Shown here in pieces: positions 1-8,782 of a DNA stretch of 64,000 nt. Below the pieces are notes generated by a model. The model was not told the DNA's origin and did not search any database. It was given only the letters and a program-made list of their open reading frames with translations. Positions within the stretch are counted from its first letter, which is position 1. Each line of letters starts with the position of its first letter. The stretch is from a virus (Duplodnaviria > Heunggongvirae > Uroviricota > Caudoviricetes): the IMG/VR virus record IMGVR_UViG_3300028586_000764; one strand, 5' to 3'. Both the position numbers and the translations under genes were made by a program.

Positions 1-1164
1 TTACGGATTAGGGAACGGCGCCTGTGGCACGGTGAAGTTGCCGGTATAACGGGCGGCACCGTTGGTGATGCGTACCTCGTCAATGTAGCCAGGGAAGTCG
101 TGGTCCCATCCGCCGTAACGACGCTCTGACCCTACCGACAGGTATCCCGTGGAAACATTTTGTCCGGTGAAGGTGCTAGAGCGCAAAGGCAGGCTCATAC
201 CATTGACGTAGATGGCATTTGTCGTGCCATTTCGCACGATTGCAACGTGGGTCCACTGGTTAAGCGGCATGGAGTAAGCCGCCTGAAGTTGCCCTGAACC
301 ACTGCCGTACCCGCTTAAGCCGATGAGGCCTGTGTTGTGGCAGTAGTACATTTGCCAGCCGGTGCCGTCGCCTGCCACTACCATGCTTCCGCAGGTTTCA
401 CCGCGAGGATTTGGTGGAGGAGCCGTTCGTAGATTGACCCAGGCCTCCACGGTAAATGAACCGGTCAACGAATACGAGGCTTTCCAGGGGAAGGTTGCAT
501 ATCCGCCGGTACCCGTGGCCAAACTGCTCGAACCGAATTTGGCCACTGCGCTTGTGAGTACAGCGCCATTGACAGAGGTACCCGATACCGACGGAGAGCT
601 GCTGTCAGCAAAGGTTGCAGCACCTGACGTTCCGTCGAAGTGCAGCAGCATCCCCAGATTTGCCCGTTGCGGGTCGACCGGCGCCGTAGCAGACCCTGCA
701 AGGGTTAGGTTAGCCGGTGCACTGGTAACATTGGCGGCGGATACTCCAATACTGCCGCTTGCGAGCGCACCTTCAGCCACGGGCGCCCATTGCACATTCA
801 CCGTGCACGACGCGCCGGCCGCTAGGCTACCTGGACTTTGAGAGGTGCCACAGTTATTGGCGGTGGTAGTCAGCCCCGCGCCGGCGAGGCTTACAGTCAA
901 GCCAGTAGCCCCCTCCTTGCCGCTATTTTGAACAACAAAGCCCAGCTGCCCTGCCTGGCCAACGCTGAGCGTACCAAAGCTCAAACCCTGCGAGGGAGAT
1001 AGCTGCAGCTGCGCTCGTGTAGCAGGGGCAGTGCCCGGCGCCGCCTGCACAACTAGCGTCTGTTTTGCGACCCTCATCTGGTAAGGCCCGGCTTGCGCGA
1101 TACTTGCCATAGCCAGCACTCCCAATAGAATGCCCGTCAGGCGCGGTAGAGAGGGGTATTTCAC
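1..1164 (-). CDS. secreted protein with Ig-like (choice-of-anchor-D-like) beta-sandwich region and C-terminal LamG/concanavalin-A-like lectin domain
   Basis: ORF 1..1266(-) is complete with its stop at 1-3. The preferred start is GTG at 1164, with GGAG 7 nt upstream, giving the signal peptide MKYPSLPRLTGILLGVLAMASIAQA. The protein has a G/S/T-rich region with ASCTVNVQWAP and a LamG-like WTHVAIVRNG...YVNG segment. The alternative start is at 1266. Confidence 0.7.
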   Translation of the reverse strand: MKYPSLPRLTGILLGVLAMASIAQAGPYQMRVAKQTLVVQAAPGTAPATRAQLQLSPSQGLSFGTLSVGQAGQLGFVVQNSGKEGATGLTVSLAGAGLTTTANNCGTSQSPGSLAAGASCTVNVQWAPVAEGALASGSIGVSAANVTSAPANLTLAGSATAPVDPQRANLGMLLHFDGTSGAATFADSSSPSVSGTSVNGAVLTSAVAKFGSSSLATGTGGYATFPWKASYSLTGSFTVEAWVNLRTAPPPNPRGETCGSMVVAGDGTGWQMYYCHNTGLIGLSGYGSGSGQLQAAYSMPLNQWTHVAIVRNGTTNAIYVNGMSLPLRSSTFTGQNVSTGYLSVGSERRYGGWDHDFPGYIDEVRITNGAARYTGNFTVPQAPFPNP

Positions 1165-1277
1165 TTTCAAACTCCGTGAGAATAATCCAAGTGTAGGGAT
1201 AGCGTTTAGCAGTGCGGCACCCCTTGTACGTCGACATCCAGTAACGTGCAGCCATGTTTCGAGCATTACCGTTCTTT

Positions 1278-1320
1278 GCTACACCTCATAGGAAAGAACA
1301 ACTTTTTTAAAAGGACACAA
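1278..1320 (+). promoter_or_regulatory. variant of recurrent upstream element (GCTACAC-N5-AGGAAAGAACAAC, then AAGGACACAAC RBS) for the 1322 gene
   Basis: The sequence is ttGCTACACctcatAGGAAAGAACAACttttttaaAAGGACACAACATG. It belongs to the motif family described in the findings. Confidence 0.4.
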
Positions 1321-1321
1321 C

Positions 1322-2773
1322 ATGACTGAAACGATGGACGCGCCGGAAGCTCTTGGTTTTCGTATCGAAGGCGAGTATTTCACGTCGCTGATGCGCGACA
1401 TGGTTCGTGAAGGCCGGTGGCGAAAAGCCTATGACATCCTGATGGACGGCCTGGAGGGTATTGGTGCTGGCGCCGTGCTGGATGTCCTTCGCGGTGCAAA
1501 GAAGCTCGTTGGGGTCAACAACCTCGACCTGGCAAGCGACGACGCGGAGCCAACTATCAAGGCATGGCTGGACTATCAGTTCCGGAACTGTTTCTCGTTC
1601 CGAGGCCACCTTTACCGTCCCTACGGCTACGTAGGAGGTTCCCAACAAAAGGACTACACGCTGGCGCAGCAGATTTTCCGCGGCGAAGATGAGCAAATGA
1701 GGCGGAATCGGATGTGGCGAAAAGCTGATTCGGAACTGTCGGAGCAATCCCAAATCAAGAGCTTCAATCCGTGGAAAGAGAATTACGAGTCAGTGCTGCA
1801 GCATCGCCCTGCATACTATGCAAGCGACCGTAGCCGAGACATCTGTATTATGGTCAACCTGAGCCCGGGCGAATATCGCCCAGTGATGTGCGAAGAAGTG
1901 GAAGCTGACGTGCCGCTCTGGTATGTCATGCCGACAAAAGCTGCTGATGTCATCCGTCAGGCCCATGCGAACTATCCACTTCCGGACCTGTTCGACGGTA
2001 CGATGGACCCGCCGGCGCCGCCCCGTCCGAAACCACAGGTCTCCGAAGAGACTCGGCGAGCACGCGCTGCAGCTGAAGACGCTCGAGCACAGGAAGTACA
2101 GGAAGCCCAAGCTGCCCGTATTGCCCGAATGCGCGATGACGTCGTGGCGTTTGCGGATGCTGACAGCGAGTTTGGTTGGCTAGAGCTGTCTGCCTATGAC
2201 GACCAGGCAAAACGTAACGTCCAGCTACGTGTCCCACATCGCGCGTTCATTTGCGCTGCGCTGGACCGAGCCCAGGCACAGCACCTGATGCCCGAGTACG
2301 CGCCCCGGTGCCCCACTGGCTTGAAACTGATGAATGACGACCCATACCACTCGGACGCCTGGCTTGGCGCCGGCATGGAGGTGGAGACCGCATATAATCG
2401 CGAACTGCCGGAGCAGCGCCTGTTCATGGACAAGCTCTACGAGCTGCAGCGTAAGCGCCTGGGCTTTGCGTTTGACGTGCTGGCGCGCGGCAAGGAAGAT
2501 TACGTGACAGGCACCGTCATTCATGACCCTGAGCTGGCATCCGAGGAGTCCATTCTGGTCGTGAAAACCGCTGCGCCGGAATACGCTCCTGCAGCGGTCA
2601 AATGCAAGGCGGTCATTGTCGAAACCGGCTCCAAGCTGGCGCACCTGGTGGTGGTTAGCCGAGAAGAAGCCATCTCGGTAATTCGCACGGAAAACGCTGT
2701 CGAGAAATTCCCGCAAGGTCACCAGGTCAGCATCAACTTCTCCGCCGGCACGGTATCCTTGCTGGCGCGTTAA
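1322..2773 (+). CDS. hypothetical protein with C-terminal PEP-utilising-enzyme mobile (swivel) domain-like segment
   Basis: The ATG has an AAGGA RBS. The C-terminus AVIVETGSKLAHLVVVSREEAISVIRTENA...GHQVSINFSAGTV resembles the GGRTSHAAIIARE swivel-domain pattern. A terminator follows. Confidence 0.75.
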   Translation: MTETMDAPEALGFRIEGEYFTSLMRDMVREGRWRKAYDILMDGLEGIGAGAVLDVLRGAKKLVGVNNLDLASDDAEPTIKAWLDYQFRNCFSFRGHLYRPYGYVGGSQQKDYTLAQQIFRGEDEQMRRNRMWRKADSELSEQSQIKSFNPWKENYESVLQHRPAYYASDRSRDICIMVNLSPGEYRPVMCEEVEADVPLWYVMPTKAADVIRQAHANYPLPDLFDGTMDPPAPPRPKPQVSEETRRARAAAEDARAQEVQEAQAARIARMRDDVVAFADADSEFGWLELSAYDDQAKRNVQLRVPHRAFICAALDRAQAQHLMPEYAPRCPTGLKLMNDDPYHSDAWLGAGMEVETAYNRELPEQRLFMDKLYELQRKRLGFAFDVLARGKEDYVTGTVIHDPELASEESILVVKTAAPEYAPAAVKCKAVIVETGSKLAHLVVVSREEAISVIRTENAVEKFPQGHQVSINFSAGTVSLLAR

Positions 2774-2794
2774 GGACCAAAAGCTGTATTTTCA

Positions 2795-2818
2795 CTGCCC
2801 TCCTCGGAGGGCAGTTTT
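2795..2818 (+). terminator. rho-independent terminator
   Basis: The hairpin ctgccctcc-tcgg-ggagggcag is followed by TTTTC. Confidence 0.8.
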
Positions 2819-2845
2819 CATTCTAGCCGCCAGACTTGCGCAAAT

Positions 2846-2877
2846 GAAAAACCCGCCAGACTTGCGTCTGACGGGTT
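2846..2877 (-). terminator. rho-independent terminator of the flotillin operon
   Basis: The minus strand reads cccgtcagac-gcaa-gtctggcggg followed by TTTTT. Confidence 0.8.
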
Positions 2878-2917
2878 GGAATGGATTGGTGAGCCGTGTG
2901 GGCCTCACCTGTAGTGC

Positions 2918-4651
2918 TTAGTTTGCTTCTTGCGGTGCTTCTGGAGCCGGAGCCGAGGCTTCGGCAGCCGAGGCGTTCAGCACGCCGCTCATGCCGACAG
3001 CCGATGCCACCAGAGCGTCCATGTTGCCGCCACCTTTCAGACCGACTTCAGCGAGCAGGCCGTCGACGACGGGCTGGCTGGTGCGATACCGCAGTGCAGC
3101 GGTGACCACTTCGTTGCCCAGGCCACCACCGGCAGCACCGTTGCCAGCAGCGGTACCAGCTGCGCCGGCACCACCAGTCAGGCCACCGACTTCCGCGATG
3201 CGGATGGAGTCGATGTTTTCCAGCGGCTTGACGCTCTGCTCGATGATTGCCGGCAGGACTGCCAGCAGCTGCATCTTGACTTGCTGAGCGATGACTTCCG
3301 GCGACAGCGCGTTTTGAGCTTCGTTTTTCTCGCGCAGTGCGGTTGCAACTGCGTTACCTTCGGCGATGGTCGCTTCGGCGCGCAGCAGTGCTGCGTCCTT
3401 GTCACCTTCGGCACGGGTACGTGCGGCGTTTGCCAGGTCTTCTGCAGCGTTGCGTTCGGCTTCAGCAGCCACCAGCACGGCAGTCGATTCCTTGCGAGCT
3501 TCTTCTTCAGCGCGGACCAGGGTCACGGCCTTGCTACGATTGGCGATTTCCACCTCACGTGCAGTGGTGACCTGTTCTTCAGCAGCGACAGCCAGGGCGC
3601 GAGCCTTAGCAGCTTCCGCTTCAGCAGCAGCTTCCTGCTCGCTCTTCTTCGCCACGGTGATGGCCTGGTCTTGGGCCGCCAGGCGAATCGTCGTTTCGGC
3701 GTCGATTTGCGCAGTTTCCACCGCTTTCTTCTTGGTCGCTTCCGACTGGGCAACGGCACGCTCGGTGTCGATGCGCTTCTGGGCGATGTTCTGGTTGGCG
3801 TCCAGGTCGGCCGATTCCGCACGTTGGCGACCTTCGGCTTTCACGCGTGCGACTTCGGCTTCTTGGGTTGCCGTCATCGTTGCGATTTCCTGTTCGTTCT
3901 GCAGTTCGGCTTCCGACTGGCTACGCTTCAGGGCCAGGGTCTGCTGGGTTGCAGCCAGGTCCTTCTCGGCGATTGCCACGCGGGTATCTTGCTTGGTAGC
4001 GTTGATATCGCGACGACGGGCTTCGGTCTGACGGGTCAGCTGGGCCAGACCTTCGGCGTCGAACGCGTTGTTCGCATCGAAGTACTGGGCTTCGGTCTGG
4101 TTGAGAGCGGTCAGCGAGACCGATTCCAGTTCCAGACCGTTGGTCAGCAGGTCTTCCTTGACGCTGTTCTTCACGGCTTGCGTGAATTCAGCGCGCTTTT
4201 CGTGCAGCTCGTGCATCGACATGGTTCCTGCGACAGCACGCAATGCGGCGACGAACTTCGCTTCGACCTGCGCCTTGAGCTTGACAGGGTCATTGGTCAT
4301 GGCGCCCAGGGTCGTTGCGGCCGTAGAAATGGACGCAGCGTCGGCCTTCACTCGAACGAAGAAGTCCACCTTGACGTCGACTCGCATCTTGTCGCCAGCA
4401 ACGAGAGCATCGTGCTTGCTGCGTTCGACAGACAGCGGCAGCGTCTTCATGTTGACGTACGTTGCCGTATGCAGTCGTGGCAGAACGAAAGCGCCACCGT
4501 TGAGCACCACCTTTTCGCCGCCCACGCCGGTGCGGATGAACGCACGTTCTTTGGACGAGATGATGTAGAACTTCATCACCACCATGCCAACGACGGCCAG
4601 TGCGATGAGAATGCCGATGATAACGCCGGCGGTCGACAGAATTGCGCTCAT
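2918..4651 (-). CDS. yqiK: flotillin / SPFH (band-7) family protein, YqiK-like
   Basis: The 577-aa protein has an N-terminal TM segment and an SPFH domain. It has a long Ala/Glu/Gln-rich coiled coil and a Gly/Ala-rich C-terminus. There is an AGGAG RBS 5 nt from the ATG. Confidence 0.9.
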   Translation of the reverse strand: MSAILSTAGVIIGILIALAVVGMVVMKFYIISSKERAFIRTGVGGEKVVLNGGAFVLPRLHTATYVNMKTLPLSVERSKHDALVAGDKMRVDVKVDFFVRVKADAASISTAATTLGAMTNDPVKLKAQVEAKFVAALRAVAGTMSMHELHEKRAEFTQAVKNSVKEDLLTNGLELESVSLTALNQTEAQYFDANNAFDAEGLAQLTRQTEARRRDINATKQDTRVAIAEKDLAATQQTLALKRSQSEAELQNEQEIATMTATQEAEVARVKAEGRQRAESADLDANQNIAQKRIDTERAVAQSEATKKKAVETAQIDAETTIRLAAQDQAITVAKKSEQEAAAEAEAAKARALAVAAEEQVTTAREVEIANRSKAVTLVRAEEEARKESTAVLVAAEAERNAAEDLANAARTRAEGDKDAALLRAEATIAEGNAVATALREKNEAQNALSPEVIAQQVKMQLLAVLPAIIEQSVKPLENIDSIRIAEVGGLTGGAGAAGTAAGNGAAGGGLGNEVVTAALRYRTSQPVVDGLLAEVGLKGGGNMDALVASAVGMSGVLNASAAEASAPAPEAPQEAN

Positions 4652-4711
4652 AAAAACTCCTAGATGTGGTATTGAACTGTTGTAAAAAACTTGTGCCCGA
4701 AAGCGTATGCG

Positions 4712-5317
4712 TTAGGTGCCGAGTCGAGTGGCGATGTAGCCACCTGCAGTCGGTTCCAGTAACTTGACGGTTTCCCCTAGAGCGAAAGCTCCGTCGTCCG
4801 ACGGGCAAATCATCACGTAGTGGGTTTGACCGTGGCGGTCAGTGAATTTGGCTTCGCCAAAGAGTTGCTTGGTCGCGCAGGGGCTTAGCAGCTCCACTTC
4901 TTGACCAATGAACTCATGGGGCTCGAGTGCAGTGGTGTGAACCACTTTCCACTGCTTGAACGACTTGGCAATCATTCGCAACAGGACGACTGCGCCAGCG
5001 ATTGCGAGCAGCAGGGCCACCACCAATGGCACACTGGTACCCGATGCGAGTTGCCCCACACCTTGCACAGCGACACCGGTGGCGCCAAAGCCGAGCAGCA
5101 ATAACGTGATTGCCGACGACAAGGGCATTTCGCGGATGAATAGCCAGTTCAGCACCGGAGAGTCTGGCAACGCACTGGTGTCGACTATTGAGTCGACCAG
5201 CGGGGATACTCCCGCACCGACCAACATCGATGCCAGGAGCTCGAACACACAAAAGCCGAGCATTGCGACCAGAACGCCAGAAAACACAGCCACGTCTGGG
5301 CTTAGAAAAAATTCCAT
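4712..5317 (-). CDS. yqiJ: NfeD-like membrane protein (YqiJ-like), upstream partner of the flotillin
   Basis: The 201-aa protein has several TM helices plus a C-terminal OB-like segment. It has the classic yqiJ-yqiK operon arrangement and an AGGAA RBS. Confidence 0.8.
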   Translation of the reverse strand: MEFFLSPDVAVFSGVLVAMLGFCVFELLASMLVGAGVSPLVDSIVDTSALPDSPVLNWLFIREMPLSSAITLLLLGFGATGVAVQGVGQLASGTSVPLVVALLLAIAGAVVLLRMIAKSFKQWKVVHTTALEPHEFIGQEVELLSPCATKQLFGEAKFTDRHGQTHYVMICPSDDGAFALGETVKLLEPTAGGYIATRLGT

Positions 5318-5373
5318 GTCTTCGTTTCCTAAAAAGATTCTTACTTGAACAAGTACGCTCTGACTGAGCGTCT

Positions 5374-5396
5374 GTTGGCCTTCTCATACATGTAGC
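5374..5396 (-). promoter_or_regulatory. variant recurrent upstream element (GCTACAT-N5-AGAAGGCCAAC) for the yqiJK-like operon
   Basis: The coding strand reads ttGCTACATgtatgagAAGGCCAACagacg, about 60 nt upstream of the ATG. Confidence 0.35.
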
Positions 5397-5503
5397 AACT
5401 GACTTTATGAAATTCACACAGGAGGTTTTTAGAACCTCAGCATACGTGTCTAAAACGCATCGCTAAATTCCCGTCAATTCTTCCTTCGCGATGGTTTCAA
5501 CTT

Positions 5504-5725
5504 ATGCTGTCTATGTGTCTTGCGGTATTCGGCGTCGTCCTTCTTGGCTCTTGCGCTGTTTTTGCCTTTAAGCGAATTTACTCAAAGAAATCCAACCCCT
5601 CGCCGCGCGTGGACAGCCGATTCTGGTTGGACGTCGCCTTGTATGGCGGAGGCTTCTTGTTGATGTTTTACTTCTTCTTCGGAAAAGCTCTCGCCATCTA
5701 CCTGGGATATGGCGATTTGACCTAA
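5504..5725 (+). CDS. small hydrophobic membrane protein (73 aa)
   Basis: The ORF has two predicted TM segments and a terminator immediately downstream. The RBS is weak. Confidence 0.3.
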   Translation: MLSMCLAVFGVVLLGSCAVFAFKRIYSKKSNPSPRVDSRFWLDVALYGGGFLLMFYFFFGKALAIYLGYGDLT

Positions 5726-5743
5726 GAACGCATTCTCGATAAC

Positions 5744-5772
5744 AAAAAGCCCGGCACGAATGCCGGGCTTTC
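5744..5772. terminator. bidirectional rho-independent terminator
   Basis: The hairpin gcccggca-cgaa-tgccgggc has an A-run on one side and a T-run on the other. It serves the CDF gene on the minus strand. Confidence 0.8.
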
Positions 5773-5774
5773 AA

Positions 5775-6704
5775 TCATGCTGCTTGTCGTTCGCCTACGT
5801 CAGGCTCGAAGAACGAGAATCGCAACTGCGGCACCGTGAATCGGCTTTGCATGCGCTCTTCGACTTCATTGATGGCAAAAACTAATGCCAGGTCCGACGG
5901 CATACGTCGCATTTGCACCTTGAGCGCGACCATGATGTAGGTCACGTAATCCTGGGTAATCATGTTGATGACGTGCTCGACTTCCGGCTGGGATTCGACG
6001 AAAGCGCGAATTTCCGCTTCGAGTACCGGATTAACGGACTCGCCGGCGTTCATACTTTTCACTTCCAACACCACCAGCATCGCGACCACGCACAGCAGCA
6101 CACCTACGCCTATGGTGCCGAGGGCATCGAACACCGGGTTGCCGGTGATGGCCGTCGCCACAAGAGCGAGAAGCGCTATAGCCAGGCCAGCAAGGGCCGC
6201 CACGTCTTCGCTTACGCAAACCAGCAGTGTTGACTGGCGCGTACTACGGAACCATTGCCAGAGTGTCTGAGTGCCACGTTCTTTTGCGGCCGCACGAAGC
6301 GCACCACGAAGAGCGTAACCTTCAGCTGCGACAGCAACAGCCAGTACGACAATCGAGTAGCCCAGGTATTTCACGGGTTCAGGATGCTTGAGCGCTTCCC
6401 AGCCGTGGTGGATAGAGAAGGCGCCGCCTACGCTGAAAAGTAGGAGTGCGACCATCAGCGCCCAGAAGTGCGCGTCACGGCCAAAGCCCATGGGGTGAGC
6501 CTTGGTAGGTGCTTTGCGAGCTTGTTTGATGCCGATGAGCAGTAACACCTGATTGCCGCAGTCAGCAAAGCTATGCAGCGACTCTGCCAGCAGCGAGCTG
6601 CTGCCGGTCATGACGGCCGCGACAGTTTTTGCCACAGCGATGCCGAGGTTAGCGCCAAGCGCAGTCAGAATTGGTTTCAGGGAATTGCCTGAGCTAAGGT
6701 CCAT
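5775..6704 (-). CDS. cation diffusion facilitator (CDF) family metal efflux transporter
   Basis: The 309-aa protein has 6 TM segments, an HSFADCGNQ motif and a C-terminal cytoplasmic domain. Confidence 0.9.
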   Translation of the reverse strand: MDLSSGNSLKPILTALGANLGIAVAKTVAAVMTGSSSLLAESLHSFADCGNQVLLLIGIKQARKAPTKAHPMGFGRDAHFWALMVALLLFSVGGAFSIHHGWEALKHPEPVKYLGYSIVVLAVAVAAEGYALRGALRAAAKERGTQTLWQWFRSTRQSTLLVCVSEDVAALAGLAIALLALVATAITGNPVFDALGTIGVGVLLCVVAMLVVLEVKSMNAGESVNPVLEAEIRAFVESQPEVEHVINMITQDYVTYIMVALKVQMRRMPSDLALVFAINEVEERMQSRFTVPQLRFSFFEPDVGERQAA

Positions 6705-6710
6705 GTAGGA

Positions 6711-6732
6711 GTTGTCCTGGAGATAATAGAGC
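6711..6732 (-). promoter_or_regulatory. recurrent upstream element (CTCTATTAT-N4-AGGACAAC) next to the CDF start
   Basis: The coding strand reads gctCTATTATctccAGGACAACtcctacATG. Confidence 0.4.
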
Positions 6733-6804
6733 TACGTGTAGCGAAGTGCGATTACAAAGAAAAACGCCTCAACCGAAGTTGAGGCGTTGAAATATGGTGC
6801 GAGA

Positions 6805-7926
6805 TTATGCAGCCTTGGCCGTTTCCTCGATAGGGCGCCAGATACGCCACTTTGCGGGGAAGCCGTTAATGCCCTGGGTCAGGAGAACATCCAGCCAGTC
6901 GACGCCCTTCTCACCTTCCGGAATCGGACCGGTTGGCAGATAGATTTCGACAATCTTACCTTCTGCTTCGAGTCGTTCAGCAAGCTTTTCAGCTGCCTGC
7001 AGACCACGCTTGCTGACGTCCAAGTCGGCCCAGATGACGACACGTTTGACGCTATCCGGGATGTGCACCTGCTCGAGCAGCACTGCCGACACACACGACC
7101 AGACTGGCATGCGAGAGATTGCGTGTGCCGCCAGGGCGGTTTCGATACCTTCGGCCAGGCCCAGCGTTTCACCCGCCTGGAACAGCTTGATGGCTGCGCC
7201 GCGCAGCTCACCACAGCGGCTCATCATCTTCTTGGCATCCGGAACCGGAGCCTTGGCGCCTTCCGGCGTCAGGAAGATGCGATGGATGGAGACGATACGA
7301 CCGTCTTTGTCCTTGATGGGGGCCAGAAGACACGGGAATTTTCCGTAGTTCTTCTTCTCCTTACCATGCATGTAAGTCAGGCCTTCGTGCGAGCGCAGTG
7401 TCTTAGGCATGTTATCTTTCCAGATGCCACGCGATGCCAGGTAGGACTCCGCGGCCGAACCCTTCAGGTCTTTGGACGTGGTCCAGACCTTGCGGATGCG
7501 GTCGTAAGCTCCGGCGAAGTCCACTGGCGGTGCGACGACGGTAACAGGCTTTCGAGGCACGGGAGCAGGAACACTGCTCTCGCCATCCAGCCAGGCTGCA
7601 ACTTCACGGATGGCATCTTTGATGTCATAGCCGCGAATCCAGGCCAGCATGCCAAAACCGCTTGGCTGAGCGCCGCACGAGTTGCAAATACCGCCGCCAG
7701 ACTCCGGATAGTCCTTAAACAGCCGAAAGCCGTTGCCGGTCTTGCCGCCATGGATGGGACAGGTTACGTGGTGTGGAGCCTTGGCCATCGCTTCGGACAG
7801 CTCGGGGGCCAGGTCTTCGAAGATGTACGGCCACTTTCCCGCTGCGTCTGCACGCAGCTGCGGAAAGGGCTTGTATTGCTTGTATGTTGAGGTTGGTTGG
7901 GTCACGGTGCGTCCGTTTCTAAACAA
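6805..7926 (-). CDS. DNA primase (CHC2 zinc finger + Toprim domains), phage/plasmid type, no helicase domain
   Basis: The zinc finger is CPIHGGKTGNGFRLF...GGGICNSCG. Toprim-like LGLAEGIETALAA and VVIWADLD follow. The TTG start is tentative. Confidence 0.8.
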   Translation of the reverse strand: MFRNGRTVTQPTSTYKQYKPFPQLRADAAGKWPYIFEDLAPELSEAMAKAPHHVTCPIHGGKTGNGFRLFKDYPESGGGICNSCGAQPSGFGMLAWIRGYDIKDAIREVAAWLDGESSVPAPVPRKPVTVVAPPVDFAGAYDRIRKVWTTSKDLKGSAAESYLASRGIWKDNMPKTLRSHEGLTYMHGKEKKNYGKFPCLLAPIKDKDGRIVSIHRIFLTPEGAKAPVPDAKKMMSRCGELRGAAIKLFQAGETLGLAEGIETALAAHAISRMPVWSCVSAVLLEQVHIPDSVKRVVIWADLDVSKRGLQAAEKLAERLEAEGKIVEIYLPTGPIPEGEKGVDWLDVLLTQGINGFPAKWRIWRPIEETAKAA

Positions 7927-7950
7927 GTTGTCCTACCGTATATAGAAACC
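7927..7950 (-). promoter_or_regulatory. recurrent upstream element (GGTTTCTATATAC-N3-AGGACAAC) for primase
   Basis: The coding strand reads gcGGTTTCTATATACggtAGGACAACttg. It shares GGTTTCTATAC with the element at 58156-58190. Confidence 0.45.
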
Positions 7951-8019
7951 GCTTCATAAATTCCATGAGGGGCTTTGCAGCACATCTTTTGCTCAGCCTA
8001 GCCTACCCATACCCCTAAA

Positions 8020-8454
8020 ATGACAAGGCATGTCTTCCCTATGCATACTTTAAAATCGTACACACAGCCGGTTAAGCGCCGCTGCACCTTCAAAACTTTC
8101 TGGGTCGGCTTCACCGACTGGTATGCTGCGCGATGCGCGCCAGGAGGCGCCTCTCGTGAACACGACAAACCCAAAGCTAACCGGGGCCTGCAGACAATGC
8201 TGCTCGTTGGCCTGCTTGTAGGTGCGCCGGCCGTGGCAGCGCTCATTGGGCCCATGGCGGCCGGTACGATGAGTGCGATGGGCACTAGCGCCGTCGCGGC
8301 CGGCACACAGGTGCTCTCCGTGATTATCGGGCTAGGCTTCTTTATTGGCCTGCCGGCATGGGCCGGCTATCGAACCTACCAATTCTGCCGCTCCATGTGC
8401 GACCGCGGCCAAGATATCCTGGACGGGCGCCGCACGCGAGTGCGGTTGCTATAA
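8020..8454 (+). CDS. hypothetical small membrane protein (start uncertain)
   Basis: Two hydrophobic helices are present (LLVGLLVGAPAVAALIG and VLSVIIGLGFFIGLPAWAGY). There is no clear RBS and there is a competing minus-strand ORF. Confidence 0.25.
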   Translation: MTRHVFPMHTLKSYTQPVKRRCTFKTFWVGFTDWYAARCAPGGASREHDKPKANRGLQTMLLVGLLVGAPAVAALIGPMAAGTMSAMGTSAVAAGTQVLSVIIGLGFFIGLPAWAGYRTYQFCRSMCDRGQDILDGRRTRVRLL

Positions 8455-8488
8455 GACCCAGGTCAACTACATTTTTCCTGGTGCAACC

Positions 8489-8662
8489 ATGATGAAAATC
8501 GAAATCAAGCTTTCGCAATCCACCATCCGCCGCAACGCAATGGTCGAGAGCGGCCTCAATCCCCAACTGATGGCCGTCAAGCGTGCCTCGCAACGTCAGC
8601 GTGACCGTAAGGCCGCTCTGCGTTCCGGGCATATGAAGCACAAGGGCCGCTCGTTCGACTGA
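8489..8662 (+). CDS. small basic protein (58 aa)
   Basis: The sequence is MMKIEIKLSQSTIRRN...KRASQRQRDRKAALRSGHMKHKGRSFD. It is followed by a structured T-rich region. Confidence 0.3.
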   Translation: MMKIEIKLSQSTIRRNAMVESGLNPQLMAVKRASQRQRDRKAALRSGHMKHKGRSFD

Positions 8663-8687
8663 ACAATGCCGGCTTGCCACACCATTC

Positions 8688-8740
8688 TGACGGCGTAGAC
8701 GTGACCAGGGCTTCCCACCCTGCCACGCTACGCCGTTTTT
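8688..8740 (+). terminator. possible terminator (long imperfect hairpin + T-run)
   Basis: The hairpin ggcgtag...ctacgcc with inner cagggcttcccaccctg is followed by gtttttctttc. Confidence 0.4.
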
Positions 8741-8782
8741 CTTTCTTACTGCCTTGAACCCTTCCTCCCGCTCCTCTCTGTC

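Noticed and set aside
2930-4663. 577-aa + strand ORF
   Set aside because: It is a mirror of the flotillin gene on the opposite strand. Its composition is Cys/Arg/Phe-rich and non-protein-like.
6787-7890. 367-aa + strand ORF
   Set aside because: It is antisense to the primase gene, which has clear zinc-finger and Toprim motifs.
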